Assembly: GCF_030684315.1 (NCBI RefSeq)
Contig: NC_081388.1
Span: forward strand, 8,602,093-8,666,092
Length of the DNA stretch: 64,000 nt
DNA from: Stegostoma tigrinum
Lineage: Eukaryota
Direction: 5' to 3'
Position numbers and translations under genes: made by a program. How positions within the stretch are numbered: position 1 is the first letter of the stretch; every line of letters starts with the position of its first letter. Below the pieces are notes generated by a model. It was given only the letters and a program-made list of their open reading frames with translations. It was not told the DNA's origin and searched no databases. Below are positions 23,314 through 35,470 of the stretch, piece by piece.

Positions 23314-26121
23314 TCAATAGTTGAGTAGAGTTTGCTGGTGCTTCCTGTACAGGAACAAGGCCATCAACGAAGCAGAGATCAGGGAGACAGCTGTCACTGT
23401 CAGGGACAGCATCACAACCAGCTCAGACTGCACACCTACACAGCAAGGAGAAACCAATGGTTACTGAGGGAAACTGGGACAAAGAGGCAAACTAGCAGTC
23501 AGGCAACTCACCGCCTGGAGACATCTCCTGCATCCTTTGCTCATCCTCAGTCAGGGGCTCAGTTGCCAGGCTGGTCAGCTCAGGATCCAGAATGAGCAGG
23601 GGGCCAAGCGAGGCCTCACCCTCCCACTTCAATCCACCTTCACTCTCTGCAGGAAGAACAGTACGGTCATGGTCAGGGAAAGCGTGAAAAGCCCCAGAGT
23701 CTCATGAGTCAGTGACTTACCAGCTTCAGGTCCAAGGTCTCTCCTTCCTCTGGAGGAGAAGATGATCTCCCTTGTGCTACCACAGTTCCCCACATGGCAA
23801 CAGGCACAAATGTCACTGGTTGATTCCTCCAGTGGGCTCCAGCTAAACAAGACAAAAAGCCCATCAACCACATGGAGCATCACCTCTCCCCAACAACATC
23901 ACTAAGGGGCAGCAAGTGGGAAAAACACTCACATCTTGTGCAGCTTCTGGAAAGTACAAGCTTTGTTCCTGGAATCTCCCTGATCCACCGCAACAACTTT
24001 CAGGTGACAGGTGATGAACATCTGAGGGACACATTCAGCACAAGTCAGTCAGTGTTTAGTCACTCCCACCCAGTGGGGAGAAGCCACTCAGCAGCTTCCT
24101 CTTACCAAGGATTGTTCATCTCCATAGAAGCAGAAGGCATCCAGGTCAAACCTGAGCTTGTCCGGCTCCCGCTGGTCTCTCGGCAACACAAAGGTTGAAA
24201 AGGAGTCCTCAGCTTTGCTGTCCACGAGGCAACTACAGGTGAACAAAGGGCCATGAAGTGAATGGAGTGAAGTCATTGAGATGGGAGCAGCTGGAGAAAG
24301 CAGAGAGCTCCTTACCCATTGTAGTCAATGATGCTGTATCTGGGGCTGGAGTCCTTGTCTGGGCTCAGTGTAGCTACACAGCGGTCAATGTACAGCTTCA
24401 GGGGCATGTGGTTGTCCATTGAAACAGATGCCTCAATGTGAATGAGGTCTCCCAGGGAGTAGACAGTGGAAGTGCGCTCTGTAAGCCAGTCACCTGACAT
24501 GCAAGAGGACAAGGGTTAGTGTGAGTTGCACCTACTGAGTGACACCAGGAGATCCCTCCCCAGCCAGCCCTCACATACCATTCATTAGACGCAGGGAGAA
24601 TGACAGATGCCCTTCTCCAGACCTGGTGGAGCTGAATGGGATCCAGGTGGGCTTGATGGGGTCACTGCTCACATTGCCCGTCCTGGGGAGAGACAGTGCA
24701 GCCATTTTAGTCTAGTGTCAGGTGACAGCTACAGATGATGTTGACAATCTAGCAAAGGCTCACCTCAAATAACGACACACAATGGGAAAGACAGCTCCAT
24801 TGGTTCTCACAATGACAGACCCAGGATAGTTTGGGATGTGGGTCAGATGGGTGGTATAGATCAGGAAGTCTCCAGTCATCTGAAAGACAGCAGATTAAAG
24901 AATGGAAACAATTGGAATTGAAGGTGCTATGCAACTTAAGGAATTGTGGGAATGGGATGATGTCCTTCAGGAGCTTGGCAGGTGCCAGCTGCTTGTTTGC
25001 ACACAAGCAGTGAGACCAGTTTTAGGGGCAATAAATCATAGCTCAGGGGTTAGTCATTTTGGACCAATTTGACTAGGTCGTGCATCTTGTAATAGATCAG
25101 CAATGATCAGATAGGGAATGCATTTACATTGGAAATACACATTTGTTGAAGCAGATAGATGGGTTTTGTGGGGGAAAAGAAACATTGAAGGAACTAGAAC
25201 ATGGTTGTGATTCTCTCAGACACATTCTGGTTTCCTCAGATATCAGCAAAGCTCCAATATTTGAGTCTATCACAAGGATAAGACCAAACTAATCAGCAAC
25301 GTACTCAAAACAGAACAGGGGATAATCTAATAATAGAGAAACAGAACACTTATCCCAGGAGCCAAGTTATTCCAAAGGCAATGAAAGTGGGAATTTGGAG
25401 ACATTCAAGAGCAAGGCCCCTCTTAACCTTTTGTTAAAGAGTATGATCCACACAGGATGGGGTTTAGAGGAGTGACTAAAGAGAAAACAAGCCTCAAAAC
25501 ATAGAGCTGATGAAGTTCAGGAGAACCAGAAATAACTTACAGGCCATGAGGACACAGGTTTAAATGGTTCTGTGGTTCCCAAACCTGTCTTAATCTAAGA
25601 GAGAGAATCTCAGTTTGAGACCAAGAGAAATTAGACCCTATACCAACAGCACTGCAGCTAGCATCACAGCAAGAAACACCACAGTTAAAGCTTCCAGCAA
25701 CTATGAAGGACTCCCATTACCTGCAATCTGCTGCCACACTCATGCAGGCCATAGTCAAAGAGGACAGTGTGGTTCTCAGGGTAGACCCTGGTTGGCTGAC
25801 AGCCTGCTGTCCCCAGGGTCAGGTCAGCAGCATTAATAGGTGCCTGGTTCCAAATAAATCCAACTGGGCCCTGACCTGCAGCTTCTGCTCTCCACACTGC
25901 ACCATCACAGTCTGCAGTGGGGACACACTCCCACCCTCAGACATTCTGAAACTGGAACCAATGGAACCCCCGTGAGGAGAAACTCTCTCAGGTACAGGGG
26001 TGGCTCTCACTCTTCTCCATGGAATCCTCTGGCTCAGAAACTGTTGCCAAGTTTCAGAGCAACAAACAGCTCCAACTAACACCAGCACAGGAAACAAACC
26101 CTTCACTACAAAATCCCCCAT
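23314..26121 (-). pseudogene. zp3: ZP3-like, copy 3 (type C), frameshifted in exon 1
   Basis: The plus strand reads cattaatagg at 25831-25840 versus cattaattagg in the other copies. This 1-nt deletion gives GTRHLLMLLT* with a stop at 25821-25819. The remaining exons are recognisable. A single-base sequencing error cannot be excluded. Confidence 0.8.
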
Positions 26122-26144
26122 GATGCCAAACAACTCAACCACCA

Positions 26145-26355
26145 CTTCCAGCCCCCACCCAGCTCCTTTTATACACACAACCTGCACTCACCTGACACCA
26201 ATCAGACCAGAAGCAGCAACAATGAACCAATGATCCAGCCCCAATCTCTGCAAATTCCACCAAAGTCTAAATCCATTGGCTTCTTACCAGAAGGGCCCAT
26301 TTCATTTGGACCAATAGGAATGGCTGGGAGTTGCCATGCTGTCACCTGACTGCAT
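26145..26355 (-). promoter_or_regulatory. ZP3 copy 3 proximal promoter
   Basis: TATAAAA at 26173-26167 and the same CCAAT/E-box block. Confidence 0.6.
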
Positions 26356-27172
26356 TCTGCTGCACAAGTCCTCATGGTGATGGCCCCCTGAGCACAATCG
26401 AGTCATAGAGTGTTCAGGCACAGAGAGATGTTCTTTGGCCCAGAATGGTGCATTCTGATCAAAATGTCCATTGTGCTAATTTCATTTCCTCGCACCTTGC
26501 CCCTATCCTTCTAAACCTTTCCCATCCATGTATTTGTCCCAATGCCTATTAAATGTTGTTAATGTAGCCCCTCAAGCACTTCTGTTGGCCCCTTACTATG
26601 TGTGCACACCACCCTCAGGGTGACCAGGTTGCCATGTCTTTTCAAGACTCTCATGAGCTTATACACTTCGAGGATATCCCCTCTCAGTCTCCTATGCTGT
26701 AAAGAAATTCGCCTGAGCTTGTCCAACCTCTCCCTCTATCTCAGGGCAACAGTTTCACCTTTTCCAATTTAATCGGATTGCTCCTGTAACAAGGTGAACA
26801 AAACTGAACACAATACTCCAAGCAGAGATACAGAGCCTGTTTTGCAAAACATCTGCACTTGACTTGCAACAAACAACTTCCCACAAACTGGAGGAGAAGC
26901 ACCTCATGTCCTGCCTCAGGAGCTGATGCCCAATGGCCTAAAGGTGGATTTTACCAGTTTTCAAAGCTTCCCTCCCGGTCCTCATCTCATCTCAGGCCTC
27001 CTTGGCCTGATACATCCTGTCCTAAGTTCTCTCCCATTTATCTGCGCCTCCCACCGCACTGACTAATCCCTATCAGCCCTCCCTGCACTCACCTACCACC
27101 ATCCCACCTATCTTCCCCAGCACCACCCCTCCTCTGTATTAACTTCTGACCTCCCTTTCCCCTCTCCCATTT

Positions 27173-27200
27173 CTGAAGAAGGGTCCCAACCTGAAACGTC
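27173..27200 (+). ncRNA. Second-family minimal hammerhead-like motif; also at 36289-36316 and degenerate at ~8629, 17752 and 42212
   Basis: CUGAAGA-aGGGU-ccca-ACCU-GAAAC-GUC at the end of the Penelope-like fragment. Confidence 0.55.
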
Positions 27201-30200
27201 AACTTTCCAGCTCCTCTGAAGCTGCCTGGCCTGCTGTGTTCATCCACACTTTGCCATGCTGACACTCCAAATAGGTCCTGCATATCTGCAACACAACTTC
27301 CCACCTTAGATGCTCATTGCCCTCATTGGCGAATCCCAGCGTGCCAAACGCCATCTTCACTGCCCTGTCTACCCGTCACTCTGCATTCAGAGAATTGTGC
27401 ATCTGAACTCCAATATCCCTCTGTTCCACTACATTCCTTACAGCCCTACTGTTCATCCTGAAATTCCCACCTTGATCTCACTTTCCAAAATGCATCATGG
27501 AAGCTTATCAAAGGCCTTACTGAAATCCATATGGAAAATGACTTCTGCCCTCCCATCAAACTTCCTGAACACTTCATCAAAGAACTCTGACAAATTTGTG
27601 AGGCATCATCTCTAATGCACGAAGACATGCTGACTACTCCTAATCAAACCCTGTCTTTTCATATGCATGCATATCTTATCCCTCAGAATCTTCTCAAGTA
27701 ACTTGCCTATCACACATGTTACGCTTACAAGTGTATTATTCCCAGGTTTCTCTTCTCAGCACTTCCAATACTTCCAACACCTCCTCCACTGTGACATGGA
27801 CTGTCACCAAGATATCACCACTAACTTCCCAAAGTTGCCATGTCTTCATGTCATTATTCACAGTTCACAAAGAGGCAAACTATTCATTGAGAACCTCATT
27901 CATCTCCTGCAGTTGCACACATGCATGTCCACTCTGGCCTTTCAGAGTTCCATTTCTCTCTCCAGTTATTTTTATGGCTTTAACATACGGAAAGAATCTA
28001 TTTGGATTCGCCCTGACATTTTCAGTCAAAGCTGACTCATGCCCCTCTTGAGACATCCTGATTTCCTTCTTCAGTTAAATCCTGTAACCCCTCTCTCCCT
28101 CCATGGCTTCCCTTGATCCCAGTTGCCTGTACCTGATCAATCCCACCTTCTTTGTTCTGGTAACAGCCTTTTTCATCCAGGGTTCCCTACTCCTGCTTCC
28201 ATGCTGTATAACTCCATGACTCTGTGAGTCTGTGAAAGAGCAAAGTCAATAGCAATTTTTCAGTTAAAAACTGACAGAGCCACAGATGCAGTGAATCAGA
28301 AACAAAAACGGAAATTTCTGGAAAAGTTCACCAGAGCTGGCAGCATCTGTGGAGAGAAATCATAGTTACTGTTTCAGGTAGAGAGACCCTTCCTCTGAAC
28401 AATTCTTCAATAGTGGCCAAGGATATGAACATATTGTGTTCATCAATAGGACAAACATTGAGGGCAAATTACGATGTTCAGAACAAGCTACTAGTAAACA
28501 TAGAGTGCGAACTTACTTCAGTACAGATGTATCGGGGTTGGGGGAGTGGGTAAGTGTGAAGATTAGTTCACACTGATTGAAAGTGACCTGCACATGTTTC
28601 CATAGGAACCGCAACTAAATAAAGATGAAGGCACAGAACATGATTGTGAAGAGATTACCTGGTCCAAAAACCCAGAATCCTACACATTGTAAAAGAAAAT
28701 AGCGGCTTCACCAGAGGAGTCCATGATGAAAATTCCACGAGATGAACGCTCCTGAGATGATGTTATGGGGCAACTACCTTAGTTATCAGGAAAGAGTTCA
28801 GCTGCAAAAGAAATTCAGGAGATGAAGAGTTCTCCAGCTAAGGTGATAGAGTAACGCCCCTGGGGTAGCACGAGTTTCAACCTCAGCTCAAAACACCAGC
28901 ATTTCCAGCAGTCTGCTGATGTAGAGCTTTAGAATAGGATCGAGGCCAATAGCCCTCAAGTCAAAGACCCACCAATCTGCCAAGTCTGAAGAGAATGAAT
29001 TCAGGGAGAATTACAAAACCTCCAGGATGCCATGAAGTTGTAAAATCGGAGACTTGGGGGAATGTGGGGTCACGGTTAATTTAATGGTCCATGCAAAATA
29101 GGGTAAGGTTTGATGGAGATGTTGTATGAAGTAATAACTTTGAACGGTTTAACTCTAGGAAGAGTTTTATCCAATCATGTCTTGAGGATCTTGGAACCCA
29201 AAGAGGTTAGAGATCTTAACCTAGATTTCCTCATCATTGTGGGAGCAACTTGGTAAATTAGGTGGTTTGTGATCACTGTCACTCACTAAATGAGACCTCG
29301 TTTTTTCGAAAAAAATGGCCTCTTCTGGTTGAGACTCATTGGTCACTTTACTTGCCCACCAGCCGGGTTGGTCACGACGAGAGGCTCGTAGCAATGAAGT
29401 GCCCTGACCACAATCTGAGGGTGGTAGGCAGGGCAATGTATACAACATGTACCATTCGGCCCTGTTTACTTTCAGATTGGTGCAGTCGCAGGATCGCAGT
29501 AAAAACAGATTTGAAAGCGTCAAACTTTGAAAGAGTCATTGGAAGCAGCAAGGCAAAAGGAATCAGGTGAGATATCCACATGCATAAGGCAATGCCAGGG
29601 TCCGTGCCAATAGATGAGATGAGCTGACGCACTGAGTGCCAACCCTGCTCTCAATCCCAAGTCCTCAGTGTCTGGTTACTGGTGCCATCTGATTCCATGA
29701 AAAGACATTGCTTTCTGTCTACATTCTTCCTGAAGCTTCCTCGTCTACCCAGAACAACAGCTGCCCGGCCAATGTCAAGCCAACAATGTAACAAAGAGCC
29801 AAGCTTACTGTGAGCCTTTCAGGGGTGGTGAAGGGCTGGTTACTGTCCAAACCACCTTAAAGTAAATGCATTCTGATCTTGTCTCTTTTCAAGTTAAGAA
29901 CGTGCTGAAAGCGATTCGCAGACACTGGGGTGAAAAGTTTGAGGAGATTGGTAGTTGGGGTTGTGAATGAGGTTGTAGACATGCTGGCCGAGCCGTTGGC
30001 TTTGGGTGCAAACATTTCATCGCCCTGGTAGATAATATCATCAGTGTGCCTCTTGGGAAGCGATGGTGTTCTGTCCCACTTGTTATTTATATGTCTCTGT
30101 TTGCTTGAATGGCTGGTATAGCTTCCAGTTCTGTTCCTCAGTGATTGAACTGTCCCAATGTACAAACCACTGAGAAACAGAACCGGAGGGAATCCCAACC

Positions 30201-32401
30201 ATTCCAGCAAGCTGAGACACAGAATTAACTAGTAGGACAGAACACCATCGCTTCCCCAGAGGTGCACTGACGACGTTACCGAGCAGGGTGATGAAACGTT
30301 TGCATCCAAACCTGTTCGCTCAGTGAGCACATCTCCAACCTGAATGGGGTGAAATTTGAAGTGTGGCATCTGTGGTAATGTAGGGAGAAGCAGCAGGAAT
30401 GCTGGGCACAGCAAGATCCCACAGAGGTGCTCACTGAGGGAAAATGAGTGATCAGAATGACAGCCAACATTCACCTGTGCTTCTTTGAACACAGTGCCTG
30501 GAGTATATTTAATTTACAAGCAAATATGTGAGCGGAATGGTGATGAATTTAACTTTTTACCCAACATAACGTAGCTCCAACAGTGCTTGCCCACAAAGAG
30601 GGACTGAAGCATGGTGCGAGATCATAGAAAGTTAGCCCCAGTGGCTTCTCAGAGAAAGGATGAACACAGTAATACTTCCACACACCCAAAACGAAGTGCT
30701 CAGAAGCACAGAACACCCTTTCGTTTTCCTCCAGACTGAAATGATTGAATAACACTGTCAGAGGACAAGCTCCAAGCTCAACAATATTGTTCTTTCTCTG
30801 CCTGTGATTGAATGCCGTGGGTAATTACGATGGCCTTGTGGTATTATAGTTAAACCAGAGACACAACAGGTGATTTTCTGAGGAGCTGGAGTCAAATCCC
30901 ACCACAGCAGATGCTGGAATGCAAATTCATTGAAAATATCAGTGATTAGCCTGTCCAATAATGACAGAGTCTGTTACCAATTGTTGGGAAGAAAATCCAT
31001 CTCGTTCACCAACATCCTTTACAGAAGGAAACTGCCATCCTTGCCTGGACTACAGCTGCCCTCTGGACAATAAACACGCACCTAGCCTGTGCCACCCTCA
31101 TCCATGAGGAAATTATTTTAAAAATTGTTTGACAATGGTCGGTGCCCTGCTTGATGTAAATCAAAACAGGATTACTGAAACGCTCCAGGGCACTGAACAT
31201 CTTAGAACATTTGTGTGAAGATATTACAGGAGGAGAACACATTATAGAGAAACACACCACCACAGTAATGGAGTTTTTAAACAGCTAAAGCTCACAAAGG
31301 TGCTTGGGCAGTAACTGTCAAATGTGTGTTGTGGCCCTCTTTATAATTAGGTCATCTGCAACTGGGTGTAGTTTTTGGAGCAGAAGGGATGACACTTGAT
31401 TATTGTTCACCTTCAGGCCCCAGTTGTTAACGAGGGCCTGAAGGCATCTTCAGGCCTCTACTTTCCAAAACAGGGCCCCCATCCTGCTCTCACATTCAGA
31501 TGCGATTTGCAGAGTAGATGCTTGAGTCAGGACTATCTGATATCAGACCAAAACTCCCAGGAGAAAGCCCAGTGGAGAAAAAAAACAAGCATTTAGAAGA
31601 GAAGGCGGATATTGAACTGCGATTTTTTTTTTTAATATTAACAAGATAGAGCCAGAGCAATGTGTGTCATGCACCAGTTTGATTTACCCCTTAGAATTCT
31701 CACCAGTATGTAAGCAGCCCAATTGTCCCCTTTAGTCCACACTGCTACCCCAAACATTCCAAAGAACAGCCCAAAACGCTTTAACCCTACGTCCCCCCCG
31801 TCTCTGACCCAGAGTGCCTATACATCCCTGTACTCTGGTACACTTTCCCCACGGAAAATTCACCAGGACTGGCGCACCTTTGGGCTGGGAGAAAGCACCT
31901 GAGCACTAAACCCAGTCACAGGGTGAGTGTGCAACCACCAGCAGGCAGATTGAACTCTGGTTCCTGGTGTGGCATTGCAGCAGTGTAAACCACTAAGCCT
32001 CCATGCCACCCATGCCCAGCAGCCAGGTAAAGAGGCACAGATACAGCATGGAGGGTGAGTCGGATCCATGTTTCTTACTCTGAAGACCCAGGCATCCTTA
32101 TTCACAAAGGACCAGATGTAATGGGAGCAAACCCAGGACAGTTCACACCAGTGTTCCTATTATAGAGGGAAATGGTCTGAACAGCGATCTCAGGCGTGGA
32201 AGTCCCATTTTGTGTTGCCAACAAGACCCTGTGGTCACTGCAATCAGTGAAGCCTAAACAGTACATTCAATAAAAATAGATTCAGAAGGTTTTCTGGGGG
32301 TTCATAGCATAACCCCAGGGGTATCGACTCATGATGATGCAGAGACAAACTAGACACAAGAAACAAGAGACAAGGAGTCACTGCTTTATTGGACTATTCC
32401 A

Positions 32402-35237
32402 TCAATAGTTGAGTAGAGTTTGCTGGTGCTTCCTGTACAGGAACAAGGCCATCAACGAAGCAGAGATCAGGGAGACAGCTGTCACTGTCAGGGACAGCAT
32501 CACAACCAGCTCAGACTGCACACCTACACAGCAAGGAGAAACCAATGGTTACTGATGGAAACTGGGACAAAGAGGCAAACTAGCAGTCAGACAACTCACC
32601 GCCTGGAGACATCTCCTGCATCCTTTGCTCAACCTCAGTCAGGGGCTCAGTCGCCAGGCTGGTCAGCTCAGGATCCAGAATGAGCAGGGGGCCAAGCGAG
32701 GCCTCACCCTCCCACTTCAATCCACCTTCACTCTCTGCAGGAGAGAACAGTAGTCAGGTTCAGGGAAAGCGTGAAAAGCCCCAGAGTCTCATGAGTCAGT
32801 GACCTACCAGCTTCAGCTCCAAGGTCTCTCCTTCCTCTGGAGGAGAAGATGATCTCCCCTGTGCTATCACAGTTCCCCACATGACAACAGGCACAAATGT
32901 CACTGGTCGATTCCTCCAGTGGGGTCCAGCTAAACAACAGAAACAGCCCATCAACCACATGGAGCATCACCTCTCCCAACAACATCACGAAGGGACTGAG
33001 GTGGGGGAAGGGGAGGAAGAAAAAAACATGCTCACATCTGGTGCAGCTTCTGGAAAGTACAAGCTTTGTTCCTGGAATTTGCCTGATCTACTGCAGCAAC
33101 TTTCAGGTGACAAGTGATGAAAATCTGAGGGACACATTCAGCACAAGTCAGTCAGTGTTTAGTCACTCCCACCCAGTGGGGAGAAGCTAAGTCAGCAGTT
33201 TCCTCTTACCAAGGAGAGTTCATCTCCATAGAAGCGGAAGGCATCCAGGTCAAACCTGAGCTTGTCCGGCTCCCGCTGGTCTCTCAGCAACACAAAGGTT
33301 GAAAAGGAGTCCTCAGCTTTGCTGTCCATGAGGCAACTGCAGGTGAACAAAGGACCATGAAGTGAATGGAGTGAAGCCATTAAGATGGGAGCAGCTGGAG
33401 AAAGCAGAGTTCTCCTTACCCATTGTAGTCAATGATGCTGTATCTGGGGCTGGAGTCCTTGTCTGGGCTCAGTGTAGCGACACAGCGGTCAATGTACAGC
33501 TTCCGGGGCATGTGGTTGTCCATTGAAACAGATGCCTCAATGTGAATGAGGTCTCCCAGGGAGTAGACAGTGGAAGTGCGCTCTGTAAGCCAGTCACCTA
33601 AAGTACAAGAGGACAAGGGTTACAGATAGTAGATGCAGCTCCCAGTGAGTGACACCAGGAGATCCCTCTCCAGCCAGCCCTCACATACCATTCATTAGAC
33701 GCAGGGAGAATGACAGATGCCCTTCTCCAGACCTGGTGGAGCTGAATGGGATCCAGGTGGGCTTGATGGGGTCACTGCTCACATTGCCCGTCCTGGGGAG
33801 AGACAGTGCAGCCATTTTAGGCTAGTGTCAGGTGACAGCTGCAAATAATGTTTATCATCCAGTAAAGATTCTCACCTCAAATAACGACACACAATGGGAA
33901 TGACAGCTCCATTGGTTCTCACAATGACAGACCCAGGATAGTTTGGGATGTGGGTCAGGTGGGTGGCGTAGATCAGGAAGTCTCCAGTCATCTGAAAGAC
34001 AGCAGATGAAGGAATGGGGAACCAATTTGAAATGAATGTTCTATGCAACATAACATCCTATTTCCACAATTCCTCAGGGAGCTTGGCAGGCTCAGTGCCA
34101 GCCTCCTGTTGGCTCACAGAAAGAGTGAGACCAGTTTATTGGCAATACATCATGCTCAGGGGTTAATCATTTTGGACCAATTTGACAAGCTAGTGCATCA
34201 ATAGATCAGACAGAACACTTACACTGGAAATACACTTTTGTTGAAACAGATGGATGGGTTTTGTAGAAAAAGACAGTAGAATCACTGAAGGAACAGGAAC
34301 ATAATCCTGATTCTCAGGCACTGCAGGCACATTTTGGTTTCCTCAGTCATCAATCCTCCAATATTTGAGTATATCAGGAATACAAGACAAAACCAAAGTG
34401 ACCTCAATAAAATTAGTTTCAGAAAACAGAACAGGAAATAATCTAATAGAGAAATAGAACACTTATCTCAAGCCCAGTTATTCCAAAGGCAAGGAAAGTG
34501 GGAATTTGGAGTCTTTCAAGAGCAAGGCAACTCTGAAAACTCTTGTTTAGGAGTGACACCGCCACAGGACAGGGATCAGAGGAGCTGACTAAGGAGAAAC
34601 AAGCCTCAAAACAGAGCTGGTCAAGTTCAGGAGAACCAGAAATAGTCTACAGGCCATGGGGACAACAGAGGGGCTTGGGACTTAGAACCCCTTCAGCCAC
34701 AGACTAATCCAGAAGAGACAATCTCAGTTTGAGAACAAGAGAAAGTAGACCCCGATAACCACAGAATTGGAGTCAGCAGTACAGTAAGAATCACTTTAGA
34801 CCAAGCTTCCAGCAACTATGAAGGACACCCATTACCTGCAATCTGCTGCCACACTCATGCAGGCCATAGTCAAAGAGGACAGTGTGGTTCTCAGGGTAGA
34901 CCCTGGTTGGCTGACAGCCTGCTGTCCCCAGGGTCAGGTCAGCAGCATTAATTAGGTGCCTGGTTCCAAATAAATCCAACTGGGCCCTGACCTGCAGCTT
35001 CTGCTCTCCACACTGCACCATCACAGTCTGCAGTGGAGACACACTCCCACCCTCGGACATTCTGAAACTGGAACCAATGGGACCCCCATGAGGAGGGACT
35101 CTCTCAGGTACAGGGGTGGCTCTCACTCTTCTCCATGGATACCTCTGGCTCAGAAACGGCTGCCAGGTTTCAGAGCAACAAACAGCTCCAACTAACACCA
35201 GCACAGGGAACAAACCCTTCACTACAAAATCCCCCAT
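32402..35237 (-). CDS. zp3: ZP3-like, copy 4 (type A), about 464 aa, open frame, variant TATA
   Basis: Exons 2-9 sit at +27660 relative to copy 1 with near-identical introns; exon 1 is 35237-34836. It carries an L-to-R change in exon 4 (MPRKLY, position 33504). Confidence 0.9.
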
Positions 35238-35259
35238 GATGCCAAACAACTCAACCATC

Positions 35260-35470
35260 ACTTCCAGCCCCCACCCAGCTCCTTTGATACACACAACCTG
35301 CACTCACCTGACACCAATCAGACCAGAAGCAGCAACAATGAACCAATGATCCAGCCCCAATCTCTGCAAATTCCACCAAAGTCTAAATCCATTGGCTTCT
35401 TACCAGAAGGGCCCATTTCATTTGGACCAATAGGAATGGCTGGGAGTTGCCATGCTGTCACCTGACTGCA
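35260..35470 (-). promoter_or_regulatory. ZP3 copy 4 proximal promoter with variant TATA (TATCAAA)
   Basis: The plus strand reads cctttgatac at 35281-35290 versus ccttttatac in the other copies; the rest of the block is conserved. Confidence 0.6.
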
